Of a stretch of DNA of 64,000 nucleotides, positions 37,567 through 51,636 are shown in pieces (position 1 is the first letter of the stretch; each line of letters begins with the position of its first letter). Position numbers and translations under genes: made by a program. The notes beneath the pieces are model-generated. The model did not search any database. It was not told the origin of the DNA and saw only the letters and a list, made by a program, of their open reading frames with translations. Origin of the DNA: Parasitella parasitica NRRL 2501 (lineage: Eukaryota; Fungi; Mucoromycota); contig MU619343.1 of NCBI GenBank assembly GCA_025201805.1, positions 49,889 through 113,888 on the forward strand, written 5' to 3'.

Positions 37567-38150
37567 ACGCGCTTTAGTGGCAACAAAAGCTAGCACCCTC
37601 CCCCGCCCCCCGCCCCCACCCCTCATCTGCAATGCCATAATAAATTGTGTTTTTTTATACCCTCTTTGAAATATTCTGCTATTTGTCATCTGTGCAATGT
37701 TCATGAATCAATCGCCCAGTCTTACAACAACATAAAAAGAAAATTGCATGCAGGAAGCACAAATAACAAGTATTGATGTGTTTCCAATCGAGTATTTCAA
37801 GTCAAAAAAACACTGTGGGTAAATGAACCTTACTGCTTGCTGAGATCAATCCAGAAAATCAGGCATGCATAATAATGTTGGAGACAGAATGGTTTCACAC
37901 CTTGCACAGCTTGGCCGGAGAAGGCCGAAAAGATCTCTGAGATAAAGTATCGAAAGAATGTTGTGTACAAAAGTACAAGAGATAGAGCCACGGCTGAAAT
38001 TCTGCTCAAATCATGGTATTTCGTCCTTAGCATTTTGCAGATGTGAGATCAACGCCGCTAAGCCAGTCCCCGGTTGATTTGCCTTCTTAAAACTTTAGGA
38101 TGGAAAATAAAAAAAATATTTTACTCTTTTAGTACGAAATTGCTTGAAAA

Positions 38151-39347
38151 ATGCCACCCAAGAAGCAAAACAAGCAGGAAAAGGTGAAAAAATCCGTCGA
38201 GGACAAGACCTTTGGCATGAAGAACAAGAACAAATCTGCCAAGGTTCAACGCTACGTTCAGCAAGTCCAAGCTCAAGCCAAGCATAATGCTGATCAAAGT
38301 ACGAGTGTAGGTGTCGTTTTTGTTGTGCAAGTAGTTCATGTATTGATGATGCCAACCGTTTCTTTCAGTCTAAAACTAAGGCTGAGCAAAAGAAGGCTCT
38401 TGAGCAACAGAAGAGGGATGAATTCGCTGCTCTTCTCACACCTGTGCAAACCCCTCAAAAGGTTCCTTTCGGCACTGACCCCAAAACAGTGCTCTGTGTT
38501 TATTTCAAACAAGGCACTTGTGACAGAGGTGCTAAATGTAAGTTCTCTCATGATCTGAATGTTGGTCGTAAGGTCGAGAAGAAGAATTTGTATGAGGATG
38601 AGAGAGCCGACGGTAAGTTATTCTTGGATCCATCGTGTCAATTGGTTTTAATTGGGATTGGGACATGCCTCGCGCACATCTAGACACTATGGACAAGTGG
38701 GACCAGAAGAAGCTCGAAGAAGTCGTCCAAAGTAAATCTCAAAAACAACCCCCTACTGATATTGTATGCAAGTACTTTTTGGAAGCCATCGAGTCTAGCA
38801 AGTATGGTTGGTTCTGGGAGTGTCCCAACGGTGGTACAGCTTGTAAATACAGACATGCTCTTCCTCCTGGATTTGTCCTTAAATCAAAGAACAACAAGGC
38901 TGATGAAAAAGAGGAGATTTCTTTGGAAGAATTCCTGGAGAGCGAGGTAAAAACATATTCATTTTGTACATGCGCATCAATCGACGGGCTCACACAGTAT
39001 AGCGTCATAAACTTGGGCCCAACCAAACACCTGTCACCTTGGAATCCTTCACACAATGGAAAAAGACCCGTCTCGATAAGAAGGAAGCCGAGGAAAGTGT
39101 TGCCCGTAAGGCAAAGGAGAATCGTGTCAAAGCTGGTAGATCGCAAGGTATGTCTGGCAGGGATTTGTTTGATTTCAATCCTGCCCTTGCACAAGATTAT
39201 GACGACGAGGAAGATGCTATCGATTTCTCTGCATTCGATCGCGGCGAAACTGAAAAGGAGTATGAGCGTTTGGAAAATGAAAGGTTTTTGGCTGCAAACG
39301 CTGCCAACATGTCTCTCCAAGATAGGAATACTGTTGCTGCAGAGTAA
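38151..39347 (+). CDS. TMA46: Translation machinery-associated CCCH zinc-finger protein (ZC3H15/DFRP1), 4 exons
   Basis: [18 protein letters not shown]; [33 protein letters not shown]; [30 protein letters not shown]. Confidence 0.95.
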
Positions 39348-39547
39348 TAATAACAATAAAACATTTACATTTATATATACGCTTCCATACACTCAATACA
39401 GCATAATACATACAATAACCCGAATAAAATTCGATATTAGGTTATCCTTGGAAAGGCGTCAATGCCCTCACTGATATTATACATGTACATAATTGACAGG
39501 AGCTATATAACCAAAACAAAGACTTGGAAATAAAGCGGTTTTAATAA

Positions 39548-42500
39548 TCAAGATACTTCAACTAACTCATGCTTAGCTTTAGCCAGCTCAAAAAGGGCCG
39601 TAAATTCACCAGAATTACGACACATCTTGTGGAATGCTGAATTTTCGTCTCTCAAGAGCTCTAAAGGACTAGAAATATACAATTTTAGAGATAATAAATT
39701 GTCAAGTGTGGTGATAAGCTTCACTTACTTGGCAAACTCTATGATTTCACCTTGATCCAACACTATAATTCGATCGTACTCAATGACAGTGTTGAGCCTA
39801 TGAGCAATGCACAAGATGGTAGAATCCTTAAACTCGGTCGTAATGGTCTTTTGAATAGCTTTGTCTGTTTCAAAATCAACACTAGCAGTAGCTTCGTCCA
39901 TAACAACAACTTTGCTGCGCTTTAGTAAGGCTCTTGCAAGACACAAAAGCTGCCTTTGACCCTGCGAAAAGTTCTTGCCGCCTTCGCTTACAGATGTCGT
40001 TAAATCTTTAAACACATTTTGATTGATGTCTTGGTCGGATGTATCATTCAATAAATGGACTCTGCAAAGCGCAGTTAAGATTTCGTCTCGAGTAAATTGA
40101 TCAAAAGGATCCATATTAGAGCCCAAAGTACCAGAAAATAAGACGGGGTCTAAGAAGGGCAAATTTGAGTACATGAATCATTCCCTAAAGAAGCCGATGT
40201 CTACCTTGAGGAATAATTGTAAGATTTCTTCGCAAATCTTTGGTGCCAATCTTGGAAATATCCACATTATCAATTAGAATGCTTCCTTTTCTAGCCTCAA
40301 TGAATCGGAAAAAAGATAGGGCCAAGGTGGATTTACCACTTCCAGTTCTTCCTACAATGCCAACTTTTTCCCTGGGCTTTATTGAAAAGGACAAGCCTGT
40401 CAACACTGGCTCCAGATCAACTGCGTAACTAACATGCAGATCCTTGACTTCTATCGCGCCTTTGTCAGGCCACTGCATATCAAATCAAAGAGTGAATATT
40501 AGATCTGGCATACATTAAATAGTCAGTTTACTTGTTTGGGAGGTCGAAAATCTGCAATAGTTGGTGCTTCTTGATCTATCTCCAAGAACTCGACTACACG
40601 TTCGACAGAGTTAAAGCTCATTTCAAGAGTTGTGTATCTTCTTACACCCCAATAAGTCTAACGAATATCAGGTATTATTTACATGTGATGCTAATAGCCA
40701 AATCACACATACCATATCAGTGAATACTGTGACATAAGTCAAGCAAAAGCCTGCCATTGCAGAATCCATCTTATCCAAATTCAAGAGAATGAATATACCA
40801 GTAAGAAGAGTAACCATAGAACCCATAAATGAGATACGAACGCTGACCCATCGACTGACACTGTACGCATAGTACATTGGGCGAGAATTGATGTCAATCT
40901 TGTTCAACATATCAATCATAAATTGTTGTGATAACCCAAACGCCCGAATAGTAGTGACACCAACGATACTCTCGCCAAAGTGAGTAAACAAAGGAGATCG
41001 GCTAACAGAATCCATCCGTTTCAGTTCACGAGAAGCCGCAACAAATCTTAAGCCAAAGTATATGTTGATTAGGGCAACCAGAATCATGGGCGCAATAAGC
41101 ACAGGCAAGATGGATGTCGCTATTAAAACGATGGAAATCACAGTAGTCCATTGAATACAAAACTGGACCATTCCCGCTGGCACAGAGGCATCGATTGTTT
41201 CGAAATCTTTAGAAAACCGATTGACAACACGGCCGATAGGTGTGGTGTCAAAGAAGCGCAAAGGAGCCTTCAACACACGATCGAGAAGAGAGATATACAG
41301 CTTTCTGCTGGCACCAATTGTTCCTGAAAAGGTTGTAATGTATCTTGTCAGACCAAACAAAATATTAATAATATTGATGGCAATGTAGAACTTGAAATAA
41401 TAGCCTGAATCAGGAGGACTATCGTCGCCGGAGGAAGGCACAAGCGTAGCAAGCCCTTGGTGCGAATGAGCAGAAGCTCGAATGGGTAGTTGGCTACCAT
41501 CCATGGCGAACAATGTCATGTTAAAGCCTTTACTCTCATAAGATTGCGCCCATTTCTTCAGCCACCATGTCGATGTAATGTCAAGACTTCTGGCAGCAAG
41601 GATAGCAAAGAAAAAAAACGCCCAAAAGAACCAGTTTCCTACCATCTTGAAATAAAGCTTGTAAAGTCCAAACTTAACTTGGCCTTGAGCGCGGCTTTCT
41701 TTCTCCACCAAGATCTTTGGTGCCTTTTTGTCTGTCGCTTGATCTTGTTCGTCGTTAATAGTTTCAGGACGTAGTTTTTCATTCTTGTCTTGCGCTTCCT
41801 CCTCTGAGAAGGCTTCTTGGAAAAGCACATTCATTTTTCCAGCTTGTCTCAATCCATCAGGGGAGCCGGATATCTGGATGCGACCCTCTTTTAAAAACAC
41901 AACATGAGCACTACCCTGAATACACAGGTTCATATGGTGGGTTATCAAAATTCGAGTGCGGTTCTTCATCAGTGGGCCCAAAAGACACTGCTGGTAGAGA
42001 TGCTTAGCAGTGTGTGCATCCACAGCACTTAGTACATCATCCATAAACACGTTTTGGGCTCTAGAATAGACTGCTCTGGCCAGAGCAACACGAGCCTTTT
42101 GGCCACCAGACAAAGTAATGCCCTTTTCGCCAATTTCCGTTTCATCCCCGTCTTCTAAATGCGACAGATCTTTGACCAAGGCACATGCCGATAATGTAGC
42201 AGCATAGCGTTTTTCAACAAGGGGCAATCCAAACAAGATATTGTCCTTGATAGACGCATTTTGCAACCAAGCAGTTTGCGATACATAAGCAATAGCGTTT
42301 TCCAAAGTCCAGTTGGGGGGCTCAATATAGTCACTATCACTGGCAAAATTAATACCAGCAGAACCATCAAGCGTAAAAGAAGCTGCAGGTCGAGGACAGC
42401 AGACGGCCCCGTGCTTGATTTCTGTTTCGCCCAAAAGACTGAGCATCAACAACGTTTTACCAGAGCCAGTACTACCACAGACAAGGGATAGTTGATTGTT

Positions 42501-42900
42501 GGGAAATATAACATTGAGGTCCCTCAATGTAAAGGTACCATTTTGTCGGTTGTCACCATCACCGCTTGCAATTACATCAGGATTGGTAGCATCGTCTCGT
42601 TTATTACCGCAAGTTGGCCAGCATACCGTGGCGTTTTTGAATCCAATATTGGCAGCAACATCGAAAGATTGGTTCTCTGTACTGATTTCGTCCTCATTCA
42701 AGTAGTCTTCGATACGCTTTACACTGATGAGCGTTTCAAATAGTCGCACTGCGGCTTCAGGGATAATAGAAAACGCGGCACGCAATTCATTAAATATGAC
42801 GATAGATGTAAATGCGATAGGTGCAGTAAGTTGGCAGCCCTGTAATCTAGTAAATGACCAAAATGCCACAGTTGTAACCATAAGAGGTGTCTATGAATAT

Positions 42901-42933
<33 letters not shown>

Positions 42934-44636
42934 AATTATAGTGAGTATAAGAGATGGAGTACGCTGAAAACATAGTACGGTACTTACGCCTTGCCATAAT
43001 AACAAAAAGATAACCTCAGACATGAACGTTGTTTTAAGATGCTCTAGTTCTGTATTTCTCGATCTCATTATTCGTTTTGCCCAGTTTGATTCCCAGGCAA
43101 AGAACTTGATCTGGCGAATACCTTGTAACAGTTCATTCATCAGTGATACACGTTTGTCTCTGGATTTCATCAGCTGTGCTTGTGCTTTGATAAACCATTT
43201 TGTATTGAAATGGTTGATAGGCAATGTTATGACAATGACCAAAAGCCCCATAAAGCTTGACCAACCCAGCAAACGATAGAGGAAATAGGTGCCAAAAACC
43301 AACTCTGTAGGTGCTCTAACAAGAGCACTCCATTGCGATGCAAAATCAGCAATTCTGGCAGCATCTGTGCTCATCAGGTTGACAATCAAGCCAGCAGCTG
43401 AGCTAATGTTATCTTCTTCTATTGTGGCATTATTGCCTCTAGATTTTGGCTCAATAGTCTTTTTGTTGCCTGATATAATGGAGGTGTCCACACGTCGTAA
43501 CGTCTTTCTATAGAGCTCGATATTCAACATTGATTTGATACGGATTTGGACAGACGATTGCGCTTGAAAAAAATAAGGGTTATTATTGGCCATAACGGCA
43601 CTATGTTACACTTACCATGATACCACATTTGGGCGATAATAAGGTTATCAATGATATTAAAAGCTGCCATGCCAATGATGTAACCCAACCCCAAGATCAA
43701 TGACCGATTGTCCGCGCCTCCAACAGAAATGTCCTGAATTAATAACAAAAGCTTGTTCAGGAATAGAGGCTGCCCGTACATGACAAAGGCAATCAGGATA
43801 GATAGTGATAGCTGCAAGGTAAGCGATGCTTGGTTTGCCAAGTAGAGACGATACAGGAGCCTCTTACCACGGCTAGCTCCAAAGTGGTAGAAAATATTGT
43901 ACGATCTGTACGTCGAGGGCAATCTCGGTAAATCGTCATCAGTTAAATCCTTTCCTTTCGAATTGACCATATTGATGATGGGAGTGAGCCAGAAAAAGTA
44001 TAGTGTTCCAATAATTGACTCGACATTGATACTGTTGACCGATTTACCGTTTTCATCTAAAAAGGGGGAGCCTGTTTTGACGGTAGCAGTGGTACATACT
44101 AGGTCAAAACCGATAATAACTGGCAGTACCAGCATCAAGGGAATATTAGATATTCGATACCATGCAACCAATAAATTGCCGACAGAAGAAATCCACAAGA
44201 CAAGGTATAAAGCAAAGAGGTGTACATTTAGAGCCCAACCTAATGCATTAGGCAAGGGATATCTGGTGGCTACCATGGATAAAACCAGGCAGTAAGACCA
44301 CGAAGCAAACGTAAAGGCACATCCAATGACATCGTAGACAACACTATCCTGCTGTTGCTGTGCTTGTCGCACATGGACGTAAAATATAATTGCAGAAATA
44401 ACTACCAAAATCAAAGTTTCTAAATTCAATCGAACGAGACGATTTCCATTAGCGAAAGGCACATTTACAACATCTCGCTTTGTATCTCTTTTGACAGGTA
44501 AGGCATGTTCAGGATTAAGAATCTGTCGGTGATTGTACGCCTTTTGGATAGAAAGAACCAGTGAACTTGTAGTTAATGATACAATCTGACATATGGATAA
44601 CCAAAAATTAATAGGTATTTTAGATAAAGAATCCAT
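39548..44636 (-). CDS. Full-length ABCC/MRP transporter (YBT1/bile-acid transporter-like), multi-exon
   Basis: NBD1 GSTGSGKT / LSGGQKAR / FMDD; NBD2 GRTGSGKS / FSQGQRQ / VMDEATAS; FFDTTPIGRVVNRFSKD; N-terminal TM extension. Confidence 0.95.
42909..42933. repeat. (TA)n microsatellite in an ABCC intron
   Basis: atatatat... run. Confidence 0.9.
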
Positions 44637-45353
44637 ATATTGTAACTGAGAGGAACAAGAAAAAAAACAGTGAAACACGCAACAGCAGCAAACTTAAATG
44701 TTTTCGTTTGCCCTGCTTCGATTAAAGTTCAGATTTGTTGATCTTGCGAAAAGCTGAACAAGTCCCCTGCCCTAGTATGCATCGGGTTTGCCGCTCGAAG
44801 AGGCATTGTGATTCAATCGTTTAGTCTTTACTGCTCGGGATTACGAGAGCGCCATTTGCAATAAAAACACAAAAATTCAACATCCAACATCGCAGGCTTT
44901 TCTTATAATGCTCAAGTTGATTTTATATTTCAGCAGAGTATATAATAGAAGTCTATAACTCAACTTGCGATACTAGAAATTTGCGGTACCATAATATTTT
45001 ATTTGGTTTGTTGCTATGACAATAATGTGGCATTTTCTTAAAATGGAATATGTCCCTGTCTGCTAGGTTTATTTTAGCTGTCAAGACTTTTGTTGCTATG
45101 GCAGGCAGCAAAACTTTGATATGGCTTTCACGACGAGACATAATACAAATCCTAAAAGACAAGGCGGTATCTGTACTCATTTCATGAGGCATCATGAGAA
45201 AATGCTGCAACATGTTTTCTTTACCGACACAAAGAAGGCCAAATCGTCAAAGATCGTTTTTTAGTAATGCTGTGAAAATATCCAGCGAAAACGCAATTAA
45301 ATTCAGATCCCACTTTTCTTTCATTTCGCTCTTAAAAAGTTGGAAAACATATA

Positions 45354-46196
45354 ATGGTTGCAACTGCTAAGCAAACAGTAACCAATGCATCCAAGGTACC
45401 ACTCTGGATTCGTACATGGGTACTTTTTAGCTCTCTTATTGTTATTTGGGTATGGTTCAATCATGATCATTTAATGTTTTGTGTTTGACCCCCATCAATT
45501 ATTGCATTAGGACTTTGGATATTGCTTTCTTCGGTAAAGTTTTATAACCAAGACACTAGAAGAGTCAACAGAAATTAAAGGCTATTATTAGGCCATTGAG
45601 CATGGAAGGTGGTTCTCTCAATTTTTTATGGAAACCTTATAATTTGTACGCGAAGGTAAAAACTACCATAGGAAAATAAAAAATTGGCCGCTGATGCACA
45701 GAAATATTCCATAAAATAATAGATTGACTACTTTTATGGATTGCCTGCTTATAATTCACAAGATGGTTTCACAGGAGCTCAAGGTGATGATAAAAGATTG
45801 CCCCGAAAGTAACAGCTAATCAATGAAGGTGATATAGCACTGATGAATGTCATTGAAACTTTGCTGAATTTCATCTATCTTGGGTTATTGAAAAATGAAA
45901 ATGTCAATGTTGGTCAAGCTAATTTGATTGGATTCTCTGCTGCTTTAATGACACTCTCAAAAACTGTTTTGTACTGGCTTGTGGAGCCATTTTCAGGATA
46001 CCAACATATTGGCCATAACGGCATGAAGGATCTAATCTTATTATGGATTGTAGGTATAGATTTTGCGAATTGTTATCAAGTGACTAATACGCTTTAGGTT
46101 CCTAATGGCCTTTGGATCGTGGTACCTTCTCTCATAGTATGTAGACTTGGAAAGGACATTTTCAGACGCTTAAATGTAAACTCGAAACACGATTAA
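45354..46196 (+). CDS. Emopamil-binding/EXPERA-like membrane protein, about 6 exons
   Basis: LIVIW|DFGYCFLR|PLSMEGG..LWKPYNLYAK|IDYFYG..DGFTGAQ|ALMNVIET..TLSKTVLYW..LWI|VPNGLWIVVP. Confidence 0.85.
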
Positions 46197-46277
46197 ATAC
46201 ACTATTTCTGGTATATTTTGTCGGTAAATTTGGGTTTGGTGTCGTTGTGTGCGGGAAAAAAAAAAAAGTTTTTTGCA

Positions 46278-46500
46278 TTGATGAAAACGTGTGGTGGTTA
46301 TTCGGTATGTCGAGTGAAACCTTACGACTGTGATCGTACCGCTCTCCTCGGGATGCTTGCTCTTGCGAATGCCTAATGGCTAGATCAGAATGAACCGTCC
46401 GTATGATTGGGGAATGTCCCAGCTATTATCTCCAAATGTAACTTTGCAGCAATGATCGCTTGGGTCTCGTTGGTTATGATTCCTGCTTAGATACTTTTTA
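46278..46500 (+). mobile_element. Probable fragment of a Mucor-type non-LTR retrotransposon 3' region
   Basis: GC-richer block after a poly-A; conceptual translation CGGYSVCRVKPYDCDRTALLGMLALA matches a repeat-derived peptide I recall from Mucor predicted proteins (not verified). Confidence 0.45.
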
Positions 46501-48056
46501 GCTTTGCAAACATATTTATCGTATTTCAAAGACGAACCTTGTCTTTGTAGAACTGCCTGTTATCGTGTTTATTTTAATATTTTTTACTTTTTTGGAGAAC
46601 TAACATTACTTTCTTTTACAATATTTCATTGCCTGAGGTCACATCTGTACGTCTGGAGCAAGGGTTTGCTATTCACCACAATCGCTCTTGCATGCTTACT
46701 GCTACTCATCGTGTTGACGTTTGACCATTGATTTAAAAAGTATCCTCAGCTCAACTTGATAAATAAAATGCGAAGTTTCTATGTGGCTATATCATTGACT
46801 TTGAGATACTTGGCATGTGGGTCATCTGTAAACGTGATGCGTGAGGACATCAATAAACCAACGCCTTTTTGTAAATATAGTAATACTCGCTGTAAGTGGA
46901 CCATGACTGATTGTACTCTTCGTAAGCTCAAGCGTCATGTTATCTTATTTTGTGAAAACTTCGTCCCTTGGGATAGGCTCGAGCATTACGACCAGGAAGA
47001 AGCATTCCTTCATGAAGCTACTCGTCTTGATATACCTATCTCTGATTCAACTACCTGTAAATCTACGCGCTCACTATGCTTCTTGGTTTAATATGACATT
47101 ATTGTCACTGTAAAATAATCTATGTTGGTACTACAATGTTTTTCAAGAAATTGAGAAAAAATTACAAATTGTTGGGAAAAGCACAGATAATAATTGATAA
47201 AAAGAGCAAGAATCGCATTAAGATATTCAATATGGTAGATTCAAAGCAAACAAGGATTTTGTAGATACCAAGAATCAAGAAAATTCAGTAGAAGCCATAA
47301 AAGCAGAACACAGGAGCCAGAATAAAAAAGTAGATACACTATGAATAAAATTAGCAATCCATTACATAACATTGACATTAATTACAGAACTTACAGCCTT
47401 GGCAAACTTAGGGAACGAGCCGGCAATAGCCTACCTGGTAGGCGGAATGAGAGGATATTTAGCGATCCCAGGCGGTAAAATGGAAGCCAAGAGGAAGACG
47501 ATATTAAAGAATTTAGATAAGAGGTTAGAGAAAGGGGATTAGGAGAAATGATTGTGGGAGATATATCAGCCTGGATCAATTCACCTTAATTTTCATACAG
47601 CTTTTTTTTCAACATCAATTAAATAGAGTTGATGATAAATAAGGTCCATTTAGACACTTGAACATACTTTCCTCGTTTCATAATATATTAGAGTTGTGTT
47701 ATAGTATAAGCAATCCACTTGACCAAATTTTTTTCTAATCAAACTTTTCTCATTATTTTAAAACTATTTCTCAACAATTTTAATAACTCTTATTAATTTG
47801 GACACTGTCTTTTTTTTTTTCGAGAAAATGAGAAAATCTTCCAGCGCCTACGGTGCCACCAGCAATTGTTCATACCGTGTACCTAAAATAGTGTACCAGG
47901 AAAATAAAATTTTGTCCTTTTCCCCGTGCCTGTAAAATTGAAAAATGACTTTGAATTGCACATCCTTTGTTGCATGAAATGAGATGCATATATAAGGGCC
48001 ACATTTTTTTCTTTGGTGTTTATTCTCTTCTTACTATATACCACTGTTGTATAAAA

Positions 48057-49486
48057 ATGGTTCAAACAGATTTGCTTGATGCAGTTATTACTAAATTCGA
48101 AGTTAGAGACATTCGTTTCCCTACCTCCAAAAGCCTGGATGGTTCAGATGCCATGAACAAAGACCCTGACTACTCTGCCGCCTACGTTATTTTCTACACT
48201 GATGTCGCTGATTTCGAAGGCCATGGAATGACTTTCACTTGTGGCCGCGGTAACGAAACTGTTTGCTGCTGTATCGAGCAGCTTTCTGTAAAGGTCGTCA
48301 ACAAAAAACTGAAAGACTTGGTGGCTGATATGCGCGCTACCCTTCAAATATTCACTGGCGATTCCCAATTGCGCTGGATTGGTCCTGAGAAAGGTGTTAT
48401 TCAGCTCGCTACCGGTGCTGTTATCAATGCAATCTGGGATCTCTGGGCCAAAGCTGTGAATAAGCCGCTTTGGAAGTTGGTTGCTGACATGACACCTGAA
48501 GAATTCGTTCAATGCATCGACTTTCGATATATTACAGATGTCATTACCCCCGAGGAGGCTATTGAAATGTTGCGTGAGAACGTTGCCACTAAGGCAGAGC
48601 ATGAAGCCGATGTCAAGGAGCATGGCTACCCTAGTTACACCACATCTGCAGGATGGCTAGGTAAGATTTATCTATGCTTTAGAGCCAGTAGTTCTGTTTC
48701 TGATATCAATATTAGGCTATAGTGATGAGAAAGTCCGTAGATTGATCCGTGAATCAAAGGCAGAAGGCTTTACCTACTTTAAACAAAAGGTCGGAAGCGA
48801 TAGACAAGCTGATATTCGTCGTGCTGGCATTATTCGCGAAGAAATTGGCGATGAAGGTGTGTTAATGATGGACGCTAACCAAGTTTGGGACGTGCAAGAA
48901 GCTATCGATTGGATGCAAGAACTTTTACCTTTCAATCCTCTTTTCATTGAAGAACCAACTTCTCCTGACGATGTCTTGGGCCATGCTGCCATTCGAAAGG
49001 CTCTTTATCCTCGTACAAAGGTTGCCACTGGCGAGCATATTCAAAACCGAATTATATTCAAGCAATTGTTCCAGGCTCAAGCTATTGATTTCTGTCAAAT
49101 CGATTCTTGCCGTGTTGCGGGCGTCAATGAAGTTCTTGCAATTCTGTTGATGGCCAAGAAATTCAATGTTCCTGTTTGGCCTCATGCTGGTAAGTGTTTA
49201 ACTGGTATGAGTAGCGGTTATTTTTTAACCAATCTTGCGTTTAGGTGGTGTTGGTTTATGTGAATACGTGCAGCATCTTTCCTTGATTGATTATATTTGT
49301 GTCACTGGTACTACTAAGGGTCGTGCTCTGGAATATGTTGATCATTTGCATGAGCACTTCCTGAACCCTGTTGTCATGAAAAACGGTAGATACACTGCTC
49401 CTTTTGCTCCTGGTTATTCCATTCAAATGAAGCGTGATTCTATTGAAGATTACACTTTTCCCACGGGTAAAATGCATTTGAATTAG
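48057..49486 (+). CDS. ENOSF1: L-fuconate/L-galactonate dehydratase (mitochondrial enolase superfamily member 1), 3 exons
   Basis: [26 protein letters not shown]; [10 protein letters not shown]; KQKVG; MMDANQVW; IEEPTSPDD; ATGEH; PHAGGVGLCE; [10 protein letters not shown]. Confidence 0.93.
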
Positions 49487-50292
49487 AGTGTTTCTATATA
49501 TATGCATGTGTATTTTTACTGCTTCTTGTTAACTTTGTGCTCTATATTATGACTCTCATAAAACCATTCTCTATTGTATTGAAAACGAATCCACTCTTCA
49601 ATTTTCTCGCGTTGTTTTTTTTTTTTTACATATCAGACAAGGATCTTCCCTTAGTATAATGCGTTTTTCATATGCCTCAATGTCAGCCTTGAAGCAATAT
49701 TGCTGTCAAGCGAGCAGCCTTCAAAAAGCATCAAGCAAGCATTTTTAGGTCTCAAATATCAATAACTTGGGGATTCTATATAAGGAGGAGGCAGCATAGA
49801 CAGTTACTCATGTTTCTGAAACGAAATACAGAGTTAGTTTGTACAAGTTTGGATTGCATCTTAAGAGAAACACATGCAACAGCTTATGAGATAAATGCCT
49901 TTCCCTGCGAAACATGAATTCTCATAGGGAACAATCCATAGGCAAAATGAATTAATTATGGGTTACCAGTTAAAATATACAAATATAAAAATATGATAAC
50001 CTGATAATGGCGATTTTGAACTAATTCAGATACATTGCCAACTATTATTTCGTACACTACTATTTAAAGGCTATATTTCAGATTTCCCAGAAAAAATTTC
50101 GAATAAAGATGGCACTCTTTATTCTATATATAATCTAGTGAAATCTTCAAACTAGCTCAAGTACACGGCATTAACATTCAAACATGTGTAGAGGCAATAC
50201 CTGAGATTTGACCGCTTTTATTTTTGACCACATCCAAAAAAACAAAAAAAAAAAAAAACTCTTTTGATCTCATTAGACACCAGTTTTCTTTA

Positions 50293-51515
50293 ATGCGCTT
50301 CAAAGCTATCCTCAACAACCCTGTTGGTCTCCACAGTAAGTTTTTGTTTTTTTGCAGTCATTGGCTGCATTGGACTGAGAATATAATAGAGCTTGGACAA
50401 ACCATGGAGAAACTTGGTCCTGTTTGCATTACATCGTTTGCTACTGACAAGCTGCGCTTCATCACCTATCAAGACAGCGTAATTGGCACGCAAGCATGGA
50501 CGTGAGTTTCTCTTTCTCTCAGCTTTTTCATACATACTTACATTAATTGTAGGGATTTAGCAGCTGTAAATGAACCCTTCATCGTATAAAATGTTTGTAC
50601 TGCACTGACACTTTTTATTCTGTTTGTAGACTTGCCTATTTTCTGATTATCGCATCGAGAGCCAGAATCATAACGAAATCAACTTTTTCTTCAAGATTCC
50701 CGACCTACTCCACATTACAAAGGATTTAAGCGAGATTACACGCATTCAGGTTGGCTTGAAACGACGAGGCGACCAGCATATTATTTTGTTTAGGTGGACT
50801 GGAGTGGTAAACATTTGTATGCATGTTGTAAATTGTGACGGTTCGATTAAGGCAGATAAGAATTTTGTAGGATCCAAATCAATGGAGCAAAAGGAGCTGC
50901 CTATTGAACTGGTTAGAAGAGACAGACTCGAGTTGATCAAGGAGCCAGTTACGATCCGTACACCCGAGGTAATCATGCGACTAGAGGAAATCGGACAGCA
51001 TTCTTTAATACTTGTATATGATAGACGTACATCTTATTGCCGCCCTTGACCTCTTTAAAGCCTGCGTCCGAGCAATTCAAAAAGCTCAGCAAGTATATTA
51101 CGATTGCAGCTAATATGAACGGCGAGCTCAGAATTGAGGTGGAATCTGCTTATGCGGTTTGTAGTGCACAGTTTGATAACCTGAGCAATCCCAGTCTAAG
51201 TAAGGGTTAATAAGCTAGGTACCAAGGAAAACATGATTTAACCTGTATAGCTGTGTAGGTGACCATGTTCCCACCGGAGACCCCACGGAATTCTCGCATG
51301 TAAAGGTCAAGAGTGAGGATTTCCTAAACTTCTTGAGCTGCACATATTTGGAGCCTGATGATGTTATTTGCAACATTGCCAGTGAGACTCAAATCGTGTT
51401 TTTGGTGTACTTGAATTTGGACATGTACCAAAATGAAGATGCGCCTATTCGATCTATGCATATGAATTCAAACCGATCTCAATTGACATGCCATTTACCA
51501 ATTCATTTTGATTAA
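50293..51515 (+). CDS. HUS1: 9-1-1 checkpoint clamp subunit Hus1, multi-exon with a 13-nt micro-exon
   Basis: MRFKA start; QAWT|DLAA|TCLFSDYRIESQNHNEI; IKEP...PE|TYILLP; ITIAANMNGELRIEV; FDNLSNP. Confidence 0.88.
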
Positions 51516-51636
51516 CTAAAGGCTGTCAACGCGGACCATTAAAAAAAAAAAAAACAGCATCAACCGACGTCGCCCTTCCCTCCCCCTTTAAATCTTTTTC
51601 TTTCTTTTTCTTTCTATTCATTTATACCCTACTATC

